This document shows, piece after piece, positions 1-12,782 of a DNA stretch of 64,000 nt (positions within the stretch are counted from its first letter, which is position 1; each line of letters starts with the position of its first letter). The DNA comes from Auanema rhodensis. Its lineage: Eukaryota; Animalia; Nematoda. The position numbers and the translations under genes were made by a program. The stretch is from NCBI GenBank assembly GCA_964057225.1, contig OZ059897.1, positions 14,260,001 to 14,324,000 of the forward strand, in the 5' to 3' direction. The notes under the pieces were generated by a model that ran no database searches, had not been told where the DNA came from, and was given only the letters and a program-made list of their open reading frames with translations.

Positions 1-894
1 TTCTACAGGAAAACACCTGGTTTTCATAACACTTTATGATTGACGACAATTTCATTTTTGATTGAAAACCTTTGAAAATGTTGAGAGTAAAGAAAAGCTT
101 ATTCTTAAAAGTTGCTTGACTCCTATATCAAAAGATATATATATAAAATCTTTATTTTCTAGAAGAAAACTTGAACTTATATTGTTAAAGTTGAAAGTAC
201 GACGTTTACTATATATATACTATATGACATACTTTATACAATACTTTCTTAAGCAATGCTTTTCTCAGTTAATAACTTGGGACAATCATATACATGTATA
301 TTTGAATATGTAAGTGTTTAGCTATTGAAAATCATTGCAAAGCTTTTATTTCGAATCCTTATGCTCACTACCGCCTACATATTTGAAAGATTATTGTATA
401 TTTTAAGATTGCAATTTAGTTTTCTTTGTTTAATACAGACATGCGGACATTGCTTTGAAACATTGCTTGCAGCTATTTAAGTTTATAAAGATAAATACAG
501 AAAAATAAATATAAATATATAATAATACATATTAGTATATCTTGCAGTTTTATAATCTCGTTCTGAATTTCGAAAATCTTCCCAACAATGTCGTGGTCCA
601 TAACCACTTCTCTCGTATTATCCAGTATACAAATAAAATTTTCTTCTTCATCTCTAAGCTATTATAGAAATATTATGTTAGAAATGAAAGGAATAAAGAG
701 TGAATGGTTATGAAGAGAAATTCCCAGCATAAAATGAAGGTTGATCCTTAAGACAATCTTTGAATGCTAAATATGTATTTAATTGATTTATTTAAGTTCT
801 AACATCTACTATTAGTATATTATACTGGTTTCATTTCTTACAATAATAGAACTTTGATATGTTAATAATCTATATTACTTGTTTTTATAAAAGA

Positions 895-902
895 AAGAGA
901 GA

Positions 903-952
<50 letters not shown>

Positions 953-967
953 AAGAAAGAGCGAGAG
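895..967. repeat. (GA)n/(GAAA)n microsatellite
   Basis: About 70 bp of GA dinucleotide grading into GAAA units, seen directly. Confidence 0.95.
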
Positions 968-2484
968 TTATAATACATATGTATTCACATAAGTTGAATC
1001 AACGCTGCAAATAGCTTTGGTCAATGTAACCTAGTCTTCCATTTTTTTTGGACTTAGTCAGCTTTTCTGATAGCTTTAGTGCAATCTGTTTGAGTGGATT
1101 TGGATAATTACGATGAAAACCGATTCTGTCCATTTAAATTTCTTTTTTTCCCACGTGCCACGTGAAACGTTTCTTCTTAACGTCATTTAAGCTAATGACA
1201 CCAGTAAGGACGGTTGCAGTTAATCTTCTTAACAAAACTGAATATAACGCATTTCAATTTAATAAAATAAGATTTGTAACCTTGTGTTCTTCATCTTAAT
1301 TGATATTAAAGTGGCTAGTAATTTATTTTATTCTTTTTGGAATCGTATCTAGGAATAAATTTCATATAATTTGCATTTCAATTGTGAAAGCAAAAATTTG
1401 TGTAGATTAAGCTTATTTAATTCATTTTCCGAGAATCATAATATAAACTGAACGTTCTTGGATTCTTTCTTTGTTTTATCACTTTGTTTTCATTTTTTCT
1501 TTTTTTTTGTATTTTGCTTGTCATATAGATAAACTCAATTTTTAGTACATAAAACAAAACTAAAGCCCGGAAAATATAGTAAATTCTAGAATTTGGAGCA
1601 TTTTTATTGTGGCGGAATTTATGTACGAGTTGCAAGAGATGCTTATGTTTATCAAACTAGGTTTAATATGTACAAAGACGATGAACTATGAGACATGTAG
1701 TTGAAAAAGTTCTAATTTCAACCTATTCTTGTTTGATAAACTCCTATTGACTGTGGATGTTTACGTTTCATCTTCATAATTTTAATTTTTTTCATTCTGT
1801 TGAGCACTTTGGACATGTTTCTTGTATTATCAACATACTGGAACAATTTATAATTATAAATAATAATCTATTTTTATTTTTTTTCTTCAAAAAAAAAAAT
1901 GGTTGATCAGAACAGATGAAGCTCGATCTTTTGAAAAACAAGTTTAGTTCTATTTTTGGGCTAATTTTAATATTCTGAACAATTTTATTTCTTCTAATAT
2001 TTTATTTCATTTAATTCTTCTGTTTATCTACAATTTTTTTGTTCATATCTTCCAGTTTTACAACTTACAAAGATAAAAAATTATAATTTTACAAAAAAAA
2101 AATGATATTCTGTAACAAACATTCAAAAATCATAAATTTAGCTCATCCTTTTGTTTTAACGTTCGAAAATTGAAACAGCATAAATTACAAAAAAGGGTGT
2201 ATTTGAAAAATTTCATATATTTTCATTGTCTCTGGAACATTTTTGAAATTTTTTCATTTTCTTGTCTTTGAAAATATCTATGAACACAAACTGTTTTGTT
2301 ATATTCACATAAGATATATGCTAAATTTGTAAGTCAATTATTTAAATGGTCATCGACCTTCTAATGTATAGAAAACGAAGTAAAAGATCAGTTAATTGTC
2401 GATTGCGTTTTAAATTTTTCAAATATAAATTTCAAATGGTTGATTTCTATTTTATTTATTCTATTAATTCGTACTTTTTCACTT

Positions 2485-2508
2485 TATATATATATATATA
2501 TATATATA
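2485..2508. repeat. (TA)n microsatellite
   Basis: About 12 perfect TA units. Confidence 0.9.
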
Positions 2509-3489
2509 AAACCTTTAATATTTAAATAATATATTTGATATAATATCAGATAAATATTTGATTGCATTCTTTAATAAAAATTGTTGAATAATGCTGAATA
2601 CAAAAGCTAGAATTAGTAGAAAAATGAGACGATGATTTAGATGAAACGCTAGCTTTTGAAGGTTTAGCATTAAAGAGCTAGTGAGAAAAACAAAAAAATG
2701 ACAAAGAATGAGAAAGCTGAAGAAGAAACCTTATAGGAACAAGAAAGACATGCTCATCAAAGTCACTTTGATCTCTTCTTTCGACTCCCCCCCCCCATTT
2801 TACTCTAATTTCATTCTTATTCATTTTCATCTTCTTAATACATTCTGCGTTTGAAACATAGAAGTTTCTTTTTTCACGCTTACTCCTTCCTCCACCCACC
2901 ATCGTTTTATTATTTTATCATCAAAAAATGGATCATTTAATATTCTACTACTATTAAAAACACACTACTTATTCATTATATATTAATATCTCATAAGAAA
3001 TTATATTTTAAATAATACTTTAATCGTTATTCAGTTTATTTTAAAATTTAAAAAAAATATAAGGTCAATTTTTGTTGTTCCCGACTCTGCTTCTTCGATC
3101 AAAGCTTAGATTTTTTATTTCTTCACCACTATTTTATATACAAGTATATATATATATATATATTATTATTACTTAGACCATGTAATAATGACCATTAGTT
3201 GCTTTATCTGGCTATTTTTTTCACATTCATGATTTTCTCTTTAACGCAGTTATTTTTTAGCGGCTCAATATAAACATATGCTTCCTTTCTCACCTATATA
3301 TGTACGAATGCATGTGAATACTTTCCAAAACCTTCGTACTTCTATTGTTGTCGTTTTAAAACTTTTTGAAATTGTCTTCGAAACATATTAAGATAACAAA
3401 GCTTATCATTATATGTTTTGAACTGACCAACATCTCGTTAATATTTTAATTGCTATAAAAATTTATTCCAGAGTATTTTCAGAAAAATT

Positions 3490-4293
3490 ATGGGTCCCCA
3501 GCATCCCTTATTCCAAATTCTGCTCAGCTGTCTGATTTTTCTAATCACCTGTCAAGGCTTTGTTATTCGAAATACAAAAATAGGGCAGATGCGTCGACAG
3601 AATATGGATATCATCATTGAATGCTTTAATGAGCATTCAGAACAGTAAGTTCAAAATGAGTCTCAAATGGCTCTTTTCAAGTAGAATTGATTATACCTAG
3701 GTTCAGGAATAAACGTGTCTACGCTTCAACAGAAGGAAATGTAGCTAAGCTGTACGATGAAAACGGTAACTATTTCGTTAAATTCAATAAAATTAAATAT
3801 TTGCTACTCTAGCAACTTATGTAGCATCTTCTTAAAACGTCTGCAGTTTATTTCTTTCTTTTATTAGATATTGAACGAATTTATTTGAATTTTTTCTTTT
3901 TTTTTGATTTCTGATGTATATTTCAACTCACTGTACATTACAAATTTCAAGTAAATTCATTATCTATGCAGTCTATTGCATATTTTCTTCGTTATCTATC
4001 TTTTCAAAAACCAAAAATGCAAAACTTATACTCAAACTTGAAGCGTTCCTCAAAATCTTTTAAAAATTACCTATTTTCAGGAGTCGAAATTGAATGCAAA
4101 AAGCAGAAAGAGCCAACACCATATCAGTATGATCAACACTGCTTCTTTTCACCTCTCAATTGCTTCTTCAACAAACTTCGCTTGAATAAGCAGACGAAGA
4201 TGTAAGCTTAGGCCATTTGTCTAAGCTTAAATTTCTATGTGGCTTTACAGGCTATCCAGTGATCAGATAGACGACCAGAATCTAATAAGCTAA
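3490..4293 (+). CDS. Small secreted protein, candidate allatostatin-C/somatostatin-like neuropeptide precursor (4 exons)
   Basis: Exons 3490-3644, 3701-3765, 4081-4201 and 4251-4293 join in frame with GT-AG introns. Protein: MGPQHPLFQILLSCLIFLITCQG (signal-peptide-like) ...QFRNKRVYASTEGNVAKLYDENGVEIECKKQKEPTPYQYDQHCFFSPLNCFFNKLRLNKQTKMLSSDQIDDQNLIS*. Contains RR, KR and KK basic pairs and a C-x6-C ring resembling AstC (QCYFNPISCF). Confidence 0.75.
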
Positions 4294-6773
4294 TCTACTT
4301 GTTATGAAAAAAGCCCTGAATGTGGTTTTTAAAAGCATATTTGTTAAATACATGTTCATTTGAGATTATTTACATCATATTATCTTCATCTACCTATGTT
4401 AGCTAATTATATAATATACATATACTCAAAGACGATAGAATAATAACAAAAATCTCTTAATTACAAACAAAATATTTCTTTATTTCTCTGTATAGCTAGA
4501 CAAAGAGATATGAGAAATAGAATTGATTGTAATTCAGACCTTAATAGTTAACTATACTAACTATAAAAATAGTTATACTCCTACTACTACCATCTAGTGT
4601 ATCTATGAGATTAATTCTCTTCATCATCGACTAAAATAACAGAAAATGCTTTTTTCATATACACCAATGCATGCTTACTCACTAAGCCATATTATTCTCA
4701 CAATTATTTTTCTTTCCTTCGCACTTACATTCAATAATCATGAATTTGTAAACCATATCTCCTTATATACTTTTGAAAATATTATTTTCTACTATGCTTA
4801 TTGTCTTTTTTATTTTAAATATTCATTTTCTTGTCGTCATACTGCCTAGTTTTTTCTTGAATTTGGCAATTTATTTCACAACTACGAGATAAATGAGTTC
4901 ATACATCATTCTGATTTCTTTTTCATATTTCAGTCATCACCTCTGGTGACTGAATTCATGCAGTATTAGCCACCTGCAAAGTTTTAAACAGTGTTGTTGC
5001 ATTTTATAGCTTAAATTTGTTTTTTGAATTATATCTGTGGCTTCATTTTGATCTTTACAACAATAATTCTATGTATATTTGTGCTGGATCTTTTGCTACT
5101 CTAATTCTATAAAATAACTCAGAAAATTCACTAAAAACTCACAACTACTTTCACCTTTTCTCCAATTTTATCGATGATTCATAAGAACTTTCCGCTTCAA
5201 GTAGTCGAAATATTTTGTTGAAATTCTCATGATTTGTCGTCATCTAACTTCACTCACACATTTAGAATATAAATTAAAAGTTTATTCCTTTTTATTCATT
5301 CCAAAGACATCATAATGTATGTGATAAGATGTCCCAAATTAATAGAAACAACAAAACATTTGATGTATAATGAAAGAAAAATAAAGTTTACTATTAAATA
5401 GTTAAAAATTAAAATTAAAAAGTAAGTATTATACTTGAATATCAATAACACATTTAATAAACAAGAACATCTTTCAAAATAATAAATGCACATGATTAAT
5501 CATATACGGTTACAACGTTCACATACTTTTCACTAATCGTTTTAAACTTTGTTTGTCTTCAAATCTACTTGGTGTTTGATATTCAGATCATGTGTCGACG
5601 AAGAAAACAATTTGGTGATTTTTTTTCCTTAAACGAATAATGAAACATCAGCTTTTTTGATCTATGAAACAACAAATGACATGTATATATGTATTATGTT
5701 CAGTTATGGGATTATGTGTGACAAGATTGTTTTAGTATTAAGATCATTACAATGTTCTTTTCAGATCTTTTATTGTAACTGCTTTTGAGGCATATATGTA
5801 TACTGATCTGAATGAAAATTAAAGAGATTAGTGAGAAGATGAAACTCATAATATGAACCTGAAATGGAATGTCATCTGAATTACAAGAATGAGTCAAAAA
5901 AAATTGAAAATGGATTATTTATATCTACATTTTCATACGGGACTATGTTGAAAACCCTGAACAATACACAAGAAAACCTGATGAACATGTAAAATTATAT
6001 TTGAAAATATTTTGTTTTATGATGCAAGAAAGTCAATTCAATCAAATTACTCAAGTTCATCTTCAAATGATTCAAATGTACTTAATCAAAAAAGAAAATT
6101 TCAATACTTATTATCAATTCTAATTTTTACTTGAATCGAAATTTTATAGAATTTTTCAAGTTTTCAAATATAATTTTCGTATATTTTATTTTAGAATACT
6201 ATATATAAGATCCTTAATAATTAAGAAAAAAATAAAGAAATATACAATAATAATTATTTTAAAATAATAATATCTAAATTCAAACTCATTATACAACATT
6301 ATTTTTCAGATATTTTTAGTATTGTTTGTTTCCGCTTGAAATCATACTTATATAGAAAAAATAGAACCAAGGGTTCCGAATAGTTAAACGAACTAAGAGC
6401 TTATGGTGTAACTCGAGATTTCGTTTTTCCAAAATAATAAAAATGACGTAAGTTCTAGTGATCATTTTCTCGTTTGCCCACTTGTATTGAAATATTTGCA
6501 AACAAAACTTGGGAATAATATATACATTAAGATAAAAAGACGATGATGAATGAATTTCATGGATGAAGCATGTGATTTGTGTAATATAATCGAATAATAA
6601 AAAGATAAAATATTTCTAATTTATTAGGAAATCAAAAGTTTAACAATCTTAGAAGTTGTTGATTATTTATCAAAATAATATATAACTACAGTACTGTATT
6701 AACATATTGATTATTAAATTAAATTATAAATTTTATGAATAAATGTATATTTAAAAAGAAAGAAAGATCATTA

Positions 6774-9020
6774 TTATGGATTAGCTACTCGTGGCCCAAA
6801 GTACATACCATGGAATCCAAATGGAATTCTTTCTTCGGGTATAGTAAAATGGGTTATTTCACTCATATCTTTAGCATTTAATACAACTATATATGGATTA
6901 TCACCTTGTTTTGTAGTCATTACTGGTACAAGAAGTACACCTAAAATAGAAATTTATAAAAATTACATGCAAATAAACTATTATTACCGTCATCTTCATC
7001 ATTCATATCAGGATGAGGCACGAATACAGGTTCGCCACAGACTTCTGAAGACTTCTTCTTTCTCCAGACTTTATGATCTCCTGTTGCAGTAACATCTGCC
7101 TTTATTACCTAGAATATTTTAAAATATATAAGAAATAAATATAAAAAACTTACACCAATATTTTCATTTTCATTAAATGAAAGAGCATCACTTCCATAAA
7201 CATATTTGTATTCCTTCATATTAAACTTTTCAAAGTTGTAACGAGGAAACTCGAGAGCTTAAATAACTTTTGTTAAAACAATAATTTGTTTTATTCTTCT
7301 TTTTATCTGAGATTACGAGATCTTTGTTTTTAATGAATAGCAATTCATATACAAAAAGTCAAAGTTAATATGATATATAAGGTGAACATTGATTATAAAG
7401 TAACTTTTTAAACTTTGTAACACTTGCCATAATTGCATAATCGCATATCCTCAGCAAAAATAATTCCTCCTTCTTTGAGATAAGCATGACATGATCTTGC
7501 AAACGTGCAGTGTTCCAAAAGATCATCGCCAGGTTTAGCATTTTCAGGAATAGCTAAAGGTATAATCATACGATGCAAGAAGGCTTTAGTATCTTCCGTC
7601 TAAATAATGTATTTTAATACAAATATAATTTCTAATGTGTAATACAGTTCCGAATCGTTCTTTAGAATCAGTACGCAGAGCACGTAGTTCCAATGATTCA
7701 AATGTTCCTGGATTTCTCATGTAGCAGTAATCAACAACAAGGAAACCATCTTTTTCAAATGAATTTGCGTGATGGAATGTAAAGAATGGATTAGATTTAA
7801 CCTGAAACATATTTAAATAAAAATAAAATTTATTTTTCTAATTTACCTTAAAAGGTAATGGTTCTCCTGTGTGTCGATTCATAACAAACACATTAGTTCC
7901 AAGATCATCTTTCCATTCCATAGCATCACGGAAAGAAGCTCCCGTAATATTTCTAAATATATATAATTATATCAAATTATAAAATTTTTATATAATCAAA
8001 AACCTGCTCATTAGTTTCATTGTACTTTTTCTTATTGGCGATTCAAATAATACGAAATAATTCTTAGACATTCCAAATGAATGGAAATATGTGGGAGCGC
8101 TAGGTTGGGTAGGAGTCATGGTACCTATCAACTCTGTGAACTCGGCAGAGTGACTTGATGAAGCTTCTGAAAGCAAGATAACTATTGCTATTACAAAATT
8201 AATAAAAACCTGGTTTCTTAAGAGGATTTAATGTTTTAGCGAAAACGTATTTGCTGTTTTTTCCATACGTTATTCCAACATTATATACATTTCCATCTTC
8301 ATCACAATTATTATGAGCAGTATAAGTATGGAGAGTTAAGTATTTAGTCAAATCAACCTAAATTATATTTTTATGAACTTTAAACATTTTTTTATGAAAC
8401 TGACTTCTCCTAGATTTTCCAGAGTATCGATATCAATACGAAGCATAGTTGGAGTTTCTGTTAAAGCATAAACACCATCACCAATTTGTGTAAATGAAAC
8501 TAAGCAATTATCAGATTTCTCAGCTTGAAATGATGAAAAGAATCTGAAAATATCTGTTAATTAATTGATATGTAAGAGTTGTTTTAAACCTCTTAAATAT
8601 GTTCTTGCATGGATCTGGATAGCGGAATGTTCCGAATTCGGAACGTACAATTCGTTCAGCTTTCATGTTCGCCAAATAATTTTCAGATTCCAGAAATTTG
8701 GCAGAATAGTAAAGCTGTAAAAAGAAAAAATTAAACTGAACAATAAAATTTTAAGAATTACTTCTCCATCTCTGAAATGATATCTACAAATGTAAGCTAA
8801 ACCATCAAACAGATGTTTATATTCAGTATTTCCAATTTTAAACATTCCAGGTCCATTTCTGAGTAATGTACCTTCAATCCATACTGGTAATACACCTAAA
8901 AATATTATAATATTTTGATTGTAATAATTGATTTAACGAATTACCTTTTCTTGTACATTTCTTTACAGAAACATTTTCAAAATTTTCAAAAAGCTTAGCA
9001 ACATATAGCTCTTCCTGCAT
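6774..9020 (-). CDS. Carotenoid cleavage oxygenase (BCO1/BCO2/RPE65 family; bcmo-like), multi-exon
   Basis: Spliced translation gives [17 protein letters not shown]...[19 protein letters not shown]...HLFDGLAY...[16 protein letters not shown]. The four Fe-ligand His motifs are present ([23 protein letters not shown]), as is LEFPRYN. Stop TAA at 6776-6774. Confidence 0.93.
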
Positions 9021-9971
9021 TATGTTCTACAATATTAAAATGAATACAAATCAATTATGTAATATAATAAAAATATTTTAAAAATCATATAATAATTAAA
9101 GAATATAATATAAATTGTTTAAATTATAAATAAAATATATTATATTTATAATATAAATCTATTATGATTATTTTCTTTATTGATTAATTCTAAACATAAT
9201 AGTTATAGAGAGATAATAATTTTTGATCATTAATTATGATTCATTTAGTATCTTATCAAATATTTTCTTATATACCAATATAGATTATCGGACTAGAGTC
9301 TAGTCCATTTTGAAATATGTGGAAATTTGTGGCAAAACATCATTGAAATGACATAATGTTACTAAGATTGACATGAATTATCTGAATTTCATACAATACT
9401 GTTTGATAAAAAACTTTTTTCATTGTACTATGATAAGTTTCATTCAAATAGAATATTCTTTTTTCTTGTTTTTTTTAAATTCATTAAATATTCGGTTTTA
9501 AATGATTGAATTATTTATAAACTTTAAATATTTCAACATAGCTTATCAAAAAGTTTTTTAAATAATCCCATGAGGCCATCCAAAAAGTATATTATCAAGG
9601 TTAAAGATTGCAAGAAACATGATCTTATTAATGTTTTCATCATAGAATCAATGATATCTTTGAATATACTGTGAACACCCAGAAACCTTTACTAGAATAT
9701 AGGTGATCACTAAAATCTTTTGTATAATTGATCAAAACGAAGTCTTATTTCTTTTCTTTTTATTGACTTTTTTGTCAAAATGATGTCTTATCTTATGTTA
9801 TTCTTTTCATCTATAAATCTAGCTGACCTATAGATAGTAGCATTCATTTTCTTTCTAATAGGTTTTGTTTATACATATGTAGGTCGATGTCCTCTTTTCC
9901 TTTTTATCCTATCAGTCTTAGTAAATCTGGCTGCTCCAGCTTCTTATTTCATATCCGTTAGTTAATTGGCA

Positions 9972-10814
9972 ATGGTTTTCCATGTCTTTATAACGGTTTT
10001 TGTAATTTCTTCTCTAACTCAATTGGCATCTACTCAGATTTCTCTGTCGACAATTCAAGACAAATGTCCAAACGATAAGCCGTTTTGTGCTGCAAAGGCA
10101 GCCTCGGTAAGTTTGTTGAAATTTAAATAAAAAAACAACAAAGAAAAAGACAAAGACAAAACTCTAAATACATTTTTGAAGGGATCTTGCTTTGGTAAAA
10201 CATTGAAAGCTGATGTTCTCCAAAACAAATGTCCATGTTCTTGTGATCTTGTTCATTATGAAAGGATACAGGTATTTCTTTCTTAATAATTGTCAGTTCA
10301 ATATTTAATTTCTCAAGAAATGTTGTTCAACAGTTGGAATACCAGAAATGAAATTCTGTATGCCATTGTGCAGATATAACACAACTGCTGAAGAGGTTTT
10401 GGAATCAAAATATTTTTCATCTGTAATAGATTGAGTTATAGCTTGGTTCAACACTAGGATTGAAATGTTTAAGTCAATTAACTACTTGGGCTTATTGTGC
10501 TGCTGATGCTACTGATCAATCTGAGTGTTGTGCCAACAAAGGTATACTATAGATTCTCAAAGTTTTAAGAAGTTTATTAAGGTATACCTGTCGAATGCCG
10601 CTCGTTTTGCCAAGGAGATGTTCCAACATGTGATATGCAATCAATATTCAATTACGAACCATGCATTAAGGTGAATATATATCTAATAATTCAATTTTTC
10701 CTATTTCAATTCTAGTATATGGGATCAATCATGCAATGTCAACGTGAAGGACTAACAGCTAAACCAAAATATGATCCTGAATGGTTATCAACTTGTGACT
10801 GGGAAGGGCGATAA
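9972..10814 (+). CDS. Secreted cysteine-rich DB-module protein (6 exons)
   Basis: Signal peptide MVFHVFITVFVISSLTQLAST, then CPNDKPFC...CPCSC and a DB-module-like Cys pattern: KCCSTVG..FCMPLCRY...CLSQLTTWAYCAADATDQSECCANKGIPVECRSFCQG...CIKYMGSIMQCQREG. All introns are GT-AG and in phase. Confidence 0.85.
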
Positions 10815-10949
10815 TCAAGGAAAAACATTTTCTCAGTTTGGCTATATTAATAGTAAAGAATGATAATCTGTATTATATACATATATACATATCTATAATT
10901 AATCTTTTATTTTGTATTTTAAATTTTAATTTCAAGAAAACTAAACATT

Positions 10950-12782
10950 TTAAATTAAAATACTTTCATCTAACTTTTGCTGTGCCCGTTTATATTTTTT
11001 TTCTAAAGATAGTAATGATTGTTTCATTCTTCGAAGTAAATCCCTAAATATATAGTATTTAATAATTTTAATATTATTCGTATTATGTACCTGTAATGTT
11101 CTTTAAGTTTCGATATTTCTTCATCCTTTTCAATTATATTTTTACGCAGTTTCGTAGTGTCTGAGATTGTTTCTGGTGTAACTTCCAATCGTCTTTTTAA
11201 CTCTGTTATAACACTTTCAAGATTATTTCTTTCGAGCTTCAATTCTAATATCTTCTGATTGTGTTCAAATTGAATTTTTTCAATTTCTATTTCATATTTC
11301 TGAAAAATTCATATAAAATGAACTAAAAAATAAATTGTATCATACTGCTTGAATATCTTTTAATCTTTGTTTACTGTCTTTGTCAGTCTCAAGTTCTTTA
11401 GTATTATCGCTTTCATCAATACGGTTATCTAGAAGACGACGCTGTAAATCTGAATAAAAAAAACAAATTTGATGTGAATAGTTAAAAATTAGAAATACCA
11501 TCTATAGTTATATCTTTTTCATTAATATAATATTCTAACTCATTGAGTTTTTCACGGAAAACCATCGATTGATCATGATGATCTAGTTCGAGTCGACGTT
11601 CTCTTTCCGAAATTTGTAATTCTAAAGTAAGCTGATCTTTCAGAGCTGCATTTAATTTCCTAAATAAAGAAAATAATTCAAATATTATGAAATGTTAATT
11701 ACCCTCTCAAAGCATCTAAATCAGCTTGTTTTTGTTCAATAACTAACCGAAGAGTTATAGCTTCATTCATTGATCTAAAGTATTTTTTAAAACTTGTATC
11801 TAAGAATTTACAACCTCTGTGCCTGAGCATCAGCTTTTATAGCCTTCTTCCTCTCTTGTAAGTTTTCTTCTTCTAGTAATCGTATTCTTTCTTGTAACTC
11901 TTCACACATTTTAAATTTTGTCTCTTCTTCTTCCTTGATTGACCCTTCCAGTTTCTGAATTCTAGACCGCTGCTGCTCTATTACTTCTTTATCCGATAAC
12001 TTATCCAAATCACTTTCTCTTTAATAATTTGAAATAGCTTAAACAGAATAACTTGAAAAATACCTGGATTCGTTTAATTGAAGTATGAATTCATCTATTT
12101 GAGTTGATAATTCTAAACTCATCTCATGTTCTCTTTTTTTCAATTCACGTCTAGCTCTCAGTAGTTGACTATTAAGTTCCCGAATAGCTTCAAGTAATTT
12201 ATCATTTTCTTCTATAAGTTCCTCTTTCTCCTTCGCAATTCTCTCAATTTCTGTTTTCTGATCTGTTATTTCCTATAAACAATAATAAAAATTTAAGCTT
12301 TTTTAACAAGAAAAAATTACCTTTCGAAAAGCACGTTGTACTTCTGTTAATGTTTCAGTGCGGAATTGAATGTATTGAACTTCTCTTTCATGGCTATCTT
12401 CCGACAAATGTTGAACAAATTCTCTACTTTTTTTTTCTAAATCAGCAATAACATCATGCATTCGTTCATTTTCATTAACGTATAACTTTAACTGAAAATA
12501 TTTAAATTAATTTAGGGAAAATAAACTATAACTAGCTTGTGTCAATTCCTTTTTTATTGATTTATTTTCTTTTTCACATTCTAAATATTTTTTTTTCATT
12601 TGTTTATAATTTTCTTGCGTTTGCAACACTAATTTTCTTTCTACCTGAAATAAAAAAAAACAAATATTTAACTATAAATAGTAGTAAACCTCTAAAATAT
12701 TATTCATCTCGTCAATTTCTGACTGTAGGTCTGCCGTAAGGCTTCTTGAACTGCTTGTACTGGGTGGACCGTAATCCATCAT
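10950..12782 (-). CDS. Coiled-coil protein of unknown function, multi-exon
   Basis: E/K/L/Q-rich heptad exons (ORF fragments 11808-12008 and 11024-11242) join through short introns. Starts MMDYGPPSTSSSRSLTADLQSEIDEMNNILE after a tttatag acceptor. Ends YRDLLRRMKQSLLSLEKKYKRAQQKLDESILI*. One donor near 12536 appears to need GC, and the start is uncertain. Confidence 0.7.

Noticed and set aside
1-40. Possible terminal exon (tacag|GAAAACACCTGGTTTTCATAACACTTTATGA, ..KTPGFHNTL*)
   Set aside because: Too short and cut by the window edge to assign. The GFH resemblance to the oxygenase C-terminus is probably chance.
1012-1037. AGCTTTGG..TAACCTAG resembling the complement of miR-79
   Set aside because: Needs a 6-nt insertion, the seed-complement is broken, and there is no hairpin.
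1152-1164. Tandem CACGTG E-boxes
   Set aside because: The motif is real, but it is over 2 kb from the nearest identified start and I cannot assign a target.
5590-6000. Exon-like pieces (MCRRRKQF|..SFIVTAFEAYMYTDLNEN*)
   Set aside because: No consistent spliced frame or recognisable homology. Could be a decayed gene.
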